Assembly (NCBI GenBank): GCA_040398005.1
Contig: JBBAUX010000003.1
Coordinates: forward strand, 46,050 to 110,049
Source of the DNA: Opitutales bacterium
GTDB taxonomy: Bacteria; Verrucomicrobiota; Verrucomicrobiia; Opitutales; UBA953
Direction of reading: 5' to 3'
DNA length: 64,000 bases
Of the stretch, positions 10,362 through 17,484 are shown one piece after another. Every line of letters begins with the position of its first letter. Position 1 is the stretch's first letter. Under the pieces are notes generated by a model that saw nothing but the letters and a program-made list of their open reading frames with translations, made no database searches and was not told where the DNA came from. The position numbers and the translations under genes are program-made.

Positions 10362-11242
10362 TATAGAGCGACTTTAGCCAATCCACCAAGAGCGAACCCC
10401 AGACCACAACAACAGCAACAGCTCACGAGCCCCCATAAGAACCATACCCCAAAAACTTTTAGCGGACTTACCTTTAAAACTGCGGCGGTAGCCCGGCAGG
10501 AAATAATAATCGAAGGAATGGCGGAGAGGGCTACCAAGAAAAAATATATTTTATAAGGAGCCGTAAGAAGAATCAGGGCGGAGACTATATTCACAGCGGA
10601 GAGACTGATAATTAAAGCTACCACCGTTTGTTCGAGGGTTATATTTTCTCTAAATAATTTTAGTCCTAACCAGAGAAAAACTCCGAAGAGCGCAATAAAG
10701 AATGGATAGAAAACGGTATAACAAATAACTCCAAACCATGCGGCGGCAGGGGCGGTGCTTGAATTTTCGAGTTGGTGAATAGCATCCGCAAACTTAACGG
10801 AATCTACGGACGACAAAAATTCGGAAATGTTCAGGTTAATCTCAGCCGTGTGCATCTGTCCAAAAATACTGAACGGTACTAAAAGTAAGGCGGTGATGTA
10901 GGCGAAGGCAATGTACTGTTTAAAACCAAAAGCACCCGAAGCAAAGGTGGCGTAGGGACTGAGAATCGCACCCTTGATGGTTTCAAAATAACTTCCGAGA
11001 GAGGGTGATTTTTCCCAAGGCACTGTGGTAGAAAGATTATTCGACCGTGGAATAACGTCGGGCGGAACAGCGGATATCACTCCGATGAACTCACTCCACT
11101 GAGCGAGCATCACCCAAGTGGACATCCCTTCGCGCCAGGCGAGATCGGTCATTAAAAATCGGCCGCTCTGGAGACCCGAGATAACCTCAGCTACGGAAAA
11201 TACTCCGAGCGATGAAGAATCGCGGGCGACGTGAATTTGCAT
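10361..11242 (-). CDS. GYF_2/DUF4339-domain membrane protein
   Basis: N-terminal G.FS..EV...L.SG......LAWREGM..W; about five C-terminal TM segments; Cys run near the C-terminus. Confidence 0.75.
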   Translation of the reverse strand: MQIHVARDSSSLGVFSVAEVISGLQSGRFLMTDLAWREGMSTWVMLAQWSEFIGVISAVPPDVIPRSNNLSTTVPWEKSPSLGSYFETIKGAILSPYATFASGAFGFKQYIAFAYITALLLVPFSIFGQMHTAEINLNISEFLSSVDSVKFADAIHQLENSSTAPAAAWFGVICYTVFYPFFIALFGVFLWLGLKLFRENITLEQTVVALIISLSAVNIVSALILLTAPYKIYFFLVALSAIPSIIISCRATAAVLKVSPLKVFGVWFLWGLVSCCCCCGLGFALGGLAKVAL

Positions 11243-11310
11243 AATTTATTTATGCAAAAATGCGAGGAAGGCGACAAGCCCAACCTATGTTGGCGTATTG
11301 TCCGATAAAG

Positions 11311-11388
11311 TGGTGAGGAGGGCGGGACTCGAACCCGCGACCCGCAGCTTAGAAGGCTGCTGCTCTAATCCAGCTGAGCTACCCCCTC
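11311..11388 (-). tRNA. tRNA-Arg(UCU)
   Basis: Reverse complement GAGGGGGTAGCTCAGCTGGATTAGAGCA-GCAGC-CT-TCT-AA-GCTGC-GGGTCGCGGGTTCGAGTCCCGCCCTCCTCACCA; cloverleaf with encoded CCA. Confidence 0.97.
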
Positions 11389-11438
11389 ATTCCGACAAAC
11401 CTAGGCGGCTGCCAGAGATTGGGCAAGCCGTCAGAAAA

Positions 11439-12401
11439 TTAACAAATCAAATCTCTAAATTGGCTGAAATCAGCCGAAAGTCCGCTGGGCATACCCTTAT
11501 TAATTACCGAAACAGCATCGTGGGAGTGCAAGGACTCTAAATGGGAACAGGCGATGACGAAGTCGCGCACCCGTAAGTCGCGATCGAATTGTTCGTAAAT
11601 CACACGCGCGGCGTCTTCAACAAACTTAGAATAAGCACCGTTTAATTCAGCGAAAGCTTGTTCATCTTCGCGTTTCACCATGACCTGAGTCTCGGTGTGA
11701 ATCGCGGCGAGGCAAAGTTCCTGCATGTCTTCGATAAATAAACTCTTGGCCGGAGAAACCTCGGCAATCACGCGGGCCTTGGAGCGTTGCGAGTGAGGAA
11801 TACCGTAAACCTCGCGTTCTTCGCGGGCGTGTTCGGTTAATTCAGCCGAACAAGGGCACGCTGATGAATAAACGAAATCTAAATGGATATAGCGACGAAC
11901 GCGATCGAGGTCATCAATGGCTCCTTCTAACATCGCGCGGTAATATTGCCATCCTTCGAGACCCGAGCGCAGTGATTTTTGTAAAATAGGATAACGCAGT
12001 TCGACTAAGATTCGCGCACGACTGCAGTCGAGGTCCTTCTTATAACGAATTAAAATCTCTTCGAGTAATTCATGTGAGAGTACACGATCTTTAAATTCGT
12101 AGAACGTGCGCATGATGCGCGACATGTTTATACCCTTGCGATCAGCAGCGAGAGAAACGGTGCCCGTGATGGTGCATTCCAGCGGGATCGGTTTACCATC
12201 GCGAGCAGCGACTAACATCGGTAAACGGAAACCAGAAATACCAACGTGCTGAATGGGGACGTTGGCGCCTTGGATTTGTGAGGAGTCTTTATTCTGCATA
12301 TCAGGCAAGGTCGCCCGATAAGCGTCATCGGCCTTAAAATTCTTATCGTAACTGCGTGAGAGATCACGGCTAGACAAGGGTGACTTGGGTCGACGAGTCA
12401 T
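11439..12401 (-). CDS. folE2: GTP cyclohydrolase FolE2 (type IB)
   Basis: [58 protein letters not shown]. Confidence 0.95.
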   Translation of the reverse strand: MTRRPKSPLSSRDLSRSYDKNFKADDAYRATLPDMQNKDSSQIQGANVPIQHVGISGFRLPMLVAARDGKPIPLECTITGTVSLAADRKGINMSRIMRTFYEFKDRVLSHELLEEILIRYKKDLDCSRARILVELRYPILQKSLRSGLEGWQYYRAMLEGAIDDLDRVRRYIHLDFVYSSACPCSAELTEHAREEREVYGIPHSQRSKARVIAEVSPAKSLFIEDMQELCLAAIHTETQVMVKREDEQAFAELNGAYSKFVEDAARVIYEQFDRDLRVRDFVIACSHLESLHSHDAVSVINKGMPSGLSADFSQFRDLIC

Positions 12402-12461
12402 AGTTTAAAGTTTAAGGTTTTAGCGAGATTAGCAAATGAGCTACGAAATTTTTCTCTGCAC

Positions 12462-12537
12462 TGGAGCCACCTGCCGGATTTGAACCGGCGACATTCTCAT
12501 TACGAATGAGATGCTCTACCAGCTGAGCTAAGGTGGC
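12462..12537 (-). tRNA. tRNA-Thr(CGU)
   Basis: Reverse complement GCCACCTTAGCTCAGCTGGTAGAGCA-TCTCA-TT-CGT-AA-TGAGA-ATGTCGCCGGTTCAAATCCGGCAGGTGGCTCCA, 76 nt. Confidence 0.97.
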
Positions 12538-12647
12538 GGTGCGGAGAAATGTTGAAGATGAGAGTATGAAAACTAAAATCAAGCCTCGGCATCGAGGAAA
12601 TCCCCTCGCTTCTTGTAAAAAATCGACCTAAATATGCCCTATCGCTC

Positions 12648-13763
12648 ATGCGTGCTGACATAATCGCTAATCAATTTGAAGTTCCCGGGCGGTTATTGTC
12701 TATTCGCCCGGTGGGTAGCGGTAATATCAATGATACCTTTTTAGGGGGCTACCAAGCGGAGTTTGGTAATTTCTGTATCATTATTCAGCGGATTAAGAAA
12801 AATGTTTTTCCACAGCCTGAGATTATCATGAAAAATCTCCGCGTACTTTCGGAGCATTGTATAAAAATAATTAATGAAGAAATTGAGGAATCCGATCGTC
12901 CCTGGGAATTCATCCAAATTATAAAAACAAAAACCGGAGAGGATTACGTACTCGATGAGCAGGGTGATCTCTGGCGGGGCCTAAAATTTATTGAAGCAGG
13001 AGTGGTCTTTGAATCTGTGCAAAGCCTGGAGCACGCCTTTGAAGTAGGGGCCACGCTGGGACACTTCCATCACATGGTGAGCACCCTGCCCTATCAGCAA
13101 TTAAACTACACCCTGCCGAATTTTCATGTCGCTTCGCATGCCCTTTTAGAACTCGAGCAAGCGATAAAAAGTCCGAGCGCGGAAATGTCGATTAACACTT
13201 CTCCCACCACGCAAAAAGCGCTCAACTTTATTGGTCAGCGTGAACAAAAAATTCTCGAGTTAGAAAATGCCCTGCAAAAAGGAAAATTAAAATTATCGGT
13301 AACCCATGGCGACCCCAAAGCAGGTAATGTCATGATTCATGAGGAGACTGGACAGGGTCTTTGCTTGATTGATTGTGACACCGTTCAACCGGGATTAATT
13401 ATTAATGACATTGCTGATGCCATTCGCTCACTGTGCAATCCAGCGGGCGAAGACCCCATCGATTTACAGTCCGTCGGCTTAGACTTAAATTTACTTTCGG
13501 CGTTTTTTGATGGCTATAAATCCCAAGCGGAAAACCTGCTAAATACTGAGGAAATAGCTTATCTTTGGACCGCCCTGCACACCATCACCGTAGAATTAGG
13601 GATAAGATTTTTGACGGATCATTTGAGAGGCGATGTATATTTTAAGGTACGTAAACCTGGGCACAATCTACACCGTGCACTCGTCCAATTTCACCTCGCA
13701 GAAAGTATTGAGAATCAAGAATCTGTGATTCGTGAAATTCTAGAGAAACAAAATGATGATTAA
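12648..13763 (+). CDS. APH/choline-kinase-fold phosphotransferase (N-acetylhexosamine 1-kinase-like)
   Basis: GSGNINDTF, THGDPKAGN, LIDCDTVQPG, ELGIRFLTDHL.GD.YFK...PGHNL.RA..Q. Confidence 0.8.
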   Translation: MRADIIANQFEVPGRLLSIRPVGSGNINDTFLGGYQAEFGNFCIIIQRIKKNVFPQPEIIMKNLRVLSEHCIKIINEEIEESDRPWEFIQIIKTKTGEDYVLDEQGDLWRGLKFIEAGVVFESVQSLEHAFEVGATLGHFHHMVSTLPYQQLNYTLPNFHVASHALLELEQAIKSPSAEMSINTSPTTQKALNFIGQREQKILELENALQKGKLKLSVTHGDPKAGNVMIHEETGQGLCLIDCDTVQPGLIINDIADAIRSLCNPAGEDPIDLQSVGLDLNLLSAFFDGYKSQAENLLNTEEIAYLWTALHTITVELGIRFLTDHLRGDVYFKVRKPGHNLHRALVQFHLAESIENQESVIREILEKQNDD

Positions 13764-14577
13764 ACCGCCACCACTTGATGTGTCGTGGATTACGGCGATC
13801 GCCGTTTTTCTACTGATCATTCTTATGGCGAGAGGTGCATGGCGCGGATACAAACGTGGGCCGTTGCGACAGCTCGCTGGTCCGTTCGCTTTAACCGTGG
13901 GATTAATTGTCGGTTGGCTGGTGGGCCCAGAGTGCGGGCATAATCTTTTTCACGGAACAACTTACCCATGGCTTCTTCGTGGCGCCACGGGTGTTGTCCT
14001 AGTATCGTGTGCTACGGGGATTTTAGTTTACGGAGTCAGTTGGTGGCTCGGCAAAAGACCGGATGGTATGGACGAAGTGGAGAGTCCGATTCTGGGATCG
14101 ATTGTCGGTTGTTGGACTGGGTTACTTTATTTCAGCCTACTCGTCCTTGTTATTACGACCTGGGCTTCGCTTCAGGAGTTGATCAGTGGCCCCGAAGCTG
14201 CTGAACAACATTGGGTGGTGCAGACTCGGAATGACCTCGCCGAGACACCTATCACTTCGTGGCTTAAAACGTGGTCGCCCCTGCCCGATAAGCAAAGTCA
14301 CCTTATTCGGCAATTAAGGCAGCTCATGGGTAATCCTGAGGCCCGTAAGCGGCTGGTTAACACGCCCGAGGTCCGAGCCCTTGCAGCCTACCCTAGTCTC
14401 TACCAAGCACTAGAGGATAAAAAAGTTCGTGAGTTGTTGAACAACAATGACTTAAGTGGTTTTATTGAGCACCCTAAGGTTAAGGCTGTGTTGGCCGATG
14501 AGGCACTACAAATGGAGATCGAAAAAGTTGATTTGGGGTTAATTTTTGAAAAAGCCCTAAAAAACACCAGTCCGTAA
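13753..14577 (+). CDS. CvpA-like membrane protein with soluble C-terminal domain
   Basis: GAWRGYKRG..RQL start, four TMs, LG..VG...G; helical tail; overlaps the kinase gene. Confidence 0.65.
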   Translation: MMIKPPPLDVSWITAIAVFLLIILMARGAWRGYKRGPLRQLAGPFALTVGLIVGWLVGPECGHNLFHGTTYPWLLRGATGVVLVSCATGILVYGVSWWLGKRPDGMDEVESPILGSIVGCWTGLLYFSLLVLVITTWASLQELISGPEAAEQHWVVQTRNDLAETPITSWLKTWSPLPDKQSHLIRQLRQLMGNPEARKRLVNTPEVRALAAYPSLYQALEDKKVRELLNNNDLSGFIEHPKVKAVLADEALQMEIEKVDLGLIFEKALKNTSP

Positions 14578-14651
14578 CAATTTGTCCCTCTTTGGGCTGG
14601 AGATGTCACTTCATAGGATTATAAAATCAACCTTCCCGATTTTACCTCTTT

Positions 14652-15500
14652 ATGAAATTACTTCCAATCAGTGTGATGATTATATCCCTGAGTTGCTTCG
14701 CAGACGAAAAGGCCAAGCCAGCCGCCCCGGCGCCAGAAGCACCTCAAACCGTCCAAGTCGAAGTGCTCGATTCCAACGGCAAGAAATTTATCCTAGTGAA
14801 GAGCATAGAGTCGGCTGAAGAATTCGCAGCGTTTGAAAAAGACGCCCAAGCGATTACGGCAGACCAAAAGGATGCTGCCCTCACTAAACAGCTGCTTGAT
14901 TTAGCTTTAACCACTCCTGAGAAAGAAGCCCGCGGTCGCGAATTAGACGGTAAATTTAAAAAATTGCAGGCAACCAATGCCACCATGGCAAAGACCTACA
15001 ATTTTGATCTCACTCGCCAGTACCTCATTGTGCCCACTTCCGTGAAAGTTCTCACCATCCTCACGAATGAAGAGTACGCTAAATTAGCTGCAGCTAAAGA
15101 CTTTAAAGCCGACTCCGTAATTACGAACGCCGATGACAAAAAGCTCATTCTCAAAGAAACCATCAAGGGCGCCGCTGAAGTTGAAGCTTTCCAGCAACAA
15201 GTGCGTCGCGTCTTAGAAGCCAAACGCGGACTCCAACAACTCGTCGAAGCTCAACCGCGCTTCACCAAAGCCGAAGATAAAAAGAAAATCGAAGAAGCCA
15301 TTAAAAATACCCAAGCAGAAGTAAATAAGAGCTTGGAAGACTTTAAGAAGTCGCGCGGTTACGAAATCCCTAACGAATTTAATATCCAGACCGCCCAAGC
15401 CAAACTTTACACCCTGCTCTCCGATGAAGAGCAAAAGAATTTGCAAAGCCAGATTGATGGCAAAGACGCCAAGACTGAAACCAAGTCCGATAAAAAATAA
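14652..15500 (+). CDS. Hypothetical secreted protein with two internal ~120-aa repeats
   Basis: Signal peptide MKLLPISVMIISLSCFA; KKFILVKSI...ILTNEE aligns by eye with KKLILKETI...LLSDEE. Confidence 0.8.
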   Translation: MKLLPISVMIISLSCFADEKAKPAAPAPEAPQTVQVEVLDSNGKKFILVKSIESAEEFAAFEKDAQAITADQKDAALTKQLLDLALTTPEKEARGRELDGKFKKLQATNATMAKTYNFDLTRQYLIVPTSVKVLTILTNEEYAKLAAAKDFKADSVITNADDKKLILKETIKGAAEVEAFQQQVRRVLEAKRGLQQLVEAQPRFTKAEDKKKIEEAIKNTQAEVNKSLEDFKKSRGYEIPNEFNIQTAQAKLYTLLSDEEQKNLQSQIDGKDAKTETKSDKK

Positions 15501-15517
15501 TTTACCCCTAAACTATC

Positions 15518-16396
15518 ATGACCCAATCCACCGATACCGAATCAAAAAAGTCGCCAGCCGCTTCAACCGAAGTGGATACCAACCTGCTGACCCACGATAA
15601 CAAAGTTTTCATTCGCTGGTTAGAAATCAGTGAAGCGAACACGATGTTGAGATTTCAAAGAGATCTCGAAGTCATGCGCAATCATAGCGCCAAGGTCGTA
15701 CAGCTCGCACAACGCATCGAACAAGCGGTCACGCCTAATGAGAAGGATGTTTTAACCAAGGCACGTGATACCGAATTACAAAACTATCGCAAAAATGATG
15801 CCGAATTTGAATTGGTTTATAAGACCAAGACTGATGACTGGATTCTCCGCCCACACTTCCTCCAAAACACCAAAATCAGACTCCTCTCACCCGTTACCGA
15901 TGATATCATCGCTCAATTACGTAAAGGGCCTGACTTCAAAGAGTCCGACATTGTGGCCCGTGGTAACCAAAAGTTAATTCTGCTCTCAACCGTTGAAGGC
16001 GATCAAATCCCCCTCCTTGAGCGCAATCTACGCATTGTACAGGCCCAACAAAACAGCCTGATTCAACTCCGTGCTGCTGAACAAACCGCCGTTGATGCCG
16101 AGGCCAAAAAGCGCGTCCAAGACGAAATTGAGAAAGTCACCAAGTCCCTGCAAACCAACGCTGAATTGATGTTAAAAACCTACGGTATCTTCACGAATGA
16201 TATTGTGGTCGAGAACCTCGGCGGAATTTTATGGGTAGCTCTCTTAGAAGAAGAATTAAAGCGTTACGTAGAAAAAAGAGAAAGCAGCAAAGGAGCTAAG
16301 CCTGCCACCGCCGCTGCGCCTGCACCAGTGCCTGCTGCGATTGCGCCTAAGTTTGAAACAGTTAAGACTGAAGCACCTAAGCCCAAAAAAGCCTAA
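15518..16396 (+). CDS. Hypothetical protein, paralogue of 14652-15500, no evident signal peptide
   Basis: Shared linker (GPDFKESDIVARGNQKLIL vs KDFKADSVITNADDKKLIL) and N..M.KTY motif; 17 nt downstream of partner. Confidence 0.8.
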   Translation: MTQSTDTESKKSPAASTEVDTNLLTHDNKVFIRWLEISEANTMLRFQRDLEVMRNHSAKVVQLAQRIEQAVTPNEKDVLTKARDTELQNYRKNDAEFELVYKTKTDDWILRPHFLQNTKIRLLSPVTDDIIAQLRKGPDFKESDIVARGNQKLILLSTVEGDQIPLLERNLRIVQAQQNSLIQLRAAEQTAVDAEAKKRVQDEIEKVTKSLQTNAELMLKTYGIFTNDIVVENLGGILWVALLEEELKRYVEKRESSKGAKPATAAAPAPVPAAIAPKFETVKTEAPKPKKA

Positions 16397-16414
16397 GGCC
16401 TTCCTGCTTCCACC

Positions 16415-16445
16415 AAAAAGCCTGTCGCGAGACAGGCTTTTTTAT
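16415..16445. terminator. Bidirectional intrinsic terminator
   Basis: AAAAAGCCTGTC-GCGA-GACAGGCTTTTT between convergent genes. Confidence 0.9.
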
Positions 16446-16448
16446 TTA

Positions 16449-17390
16449 TCAGAATAATTCTCCTTGGGAAGGTTTGGGCTTCGGAGGTGGAGCAACTTTC
16501 TCTACTTCTGGACTCACGAGCCCGTGCTTCGTTTGATACCTTCTTAAAGTGGAATGCATTTCCATCGCCAGAAGGAATTCAGCAACCGCCGCCGTGTCCT
16601 CAGTGGCTGAGCCTCCAAGATCTACTTCAAAATGCGTTTGGAATCTCACCAAACTTAAATTGCTACGAATACGATCCGCTTCGGTCTTTATCTGTTCCGC
16701 AAAACGCGCTGGCTCAATCGTGTCAGCCGCTGCCAAAACAGCTTCTAATCCTCCATACTGCTTGAGCCACTTCACAGCGGTCTTCGGTCCCACCCCTTTT
16801 AAGCCGGGGATGTTATCGGAAGTATCCCCAATGAGTGCGAGGTAATCGGCAATCAAACTGGGCGGCACTCCAAATTTTTCTTCCACACCAGCAGCATCTA
16901 AATGCCTCCAGCCCATTGCTGGATTTGCCGTAGGCGGCGGTGATAACTGGGTAACTGTTCCGCCAACACATTGTCCAAAATCTTTATCGGCACTGACAAT
17001 AATACATTCGTGCCCCTGGGCAGATAATTTCTGTACAGCAGCAGCGATTAAATCATCAGCTTCTACTCCGCGCTTTTCGATTACCTCAAATCCCAAAAGG
17101 GCGGTCAGTTTTTTAATTTCAGGCAGCTGTAAAATAATATCTTCGGGAGTATCATCACGTTGACCTTTGTACTCAGGTAAAACGGCGAGATGTCGATCCG
17201 ACCCACCTAAATCAAAAAACACGACCGATCGATCGGGCTTTTGACCTTCGCGTAAATCTTGCAGCGATTTTATCCAGCCATGGAGGGCACCCGTCGGAAA
17301 TTGGTCGGATTGACGTCGCAGATTGGAACGCTCCATCGCGAAGTGACTTCGAAACACCAAGTTAAATCCATCTACAAGCAGCCAGCGCAT
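16449..17390 (-). CDS. Stand-alone 5'-3' exonuclease / flap endonuclease (PolA N-terminal-like)
   Basis: LLVDG.N..FR, VFFD, YKGQR, EADD, SADKD, LIGDTSDNIPG.KGVGPKTA (H3TH); no polymerase domain. Confidence 0.92.
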   Translation of the reverse strand: MRWLLVDGFNLVFRSHFAMERSNLRRQSDQFPTGALHGWIKSLQDLREGQKPDRSVVFFDLGGSDRHLAVLPEYKGQRDDTPEDIILQLPEIKKLTALLGFEVIEKRGVEADDLIAAAVQKLSAQGHECIIVSADKDFGQCVGGTVTQLSPPPTANPAMGWRHLDAAGVEEKFGVPPSLIADYLALIGDTSDNIPGLKGVGPKTAVKWLKQYGGLEAVLAAADTIEPARFAEQIKTEADRIRSNLSLVRFQTHFEVDLGGSATEDTAAVAEFLLAMEMHSTLRRYQTKHGLVSPEVEKVAPPPKPKPSQGELF

Positions 17391-17426
17391 GGGCATTAGT
17401 TTCTCCGAAGTGAGCCACACCTCCAG

Positions 17427-17457
17427 AAAAAAGCAGGCCCACCGCGAAGGTGGGCCC
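17427..17457 (-). terminator. Intrinsic terminator after secretin operon
   Basis: Minus strand GGCCCACC-TTCGC-GGTGGGCC followed by TGCTTTTTT. Confidence 0.8.
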
Positions 17458-17484
17458 GATTTAAAACCTACTTCCTTTTATCGA

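Noticed and set aside
11300..12560. tRNA-Arg or tRNA-Thr as integration sites; TCCGA(T/C)AAA on both sides of tRNA-Arg
   Set aside because: No integrase, no duplicated tRNA 3' end noticed, housekeeping flanks; the 9-nt imperfect repeat is within chance
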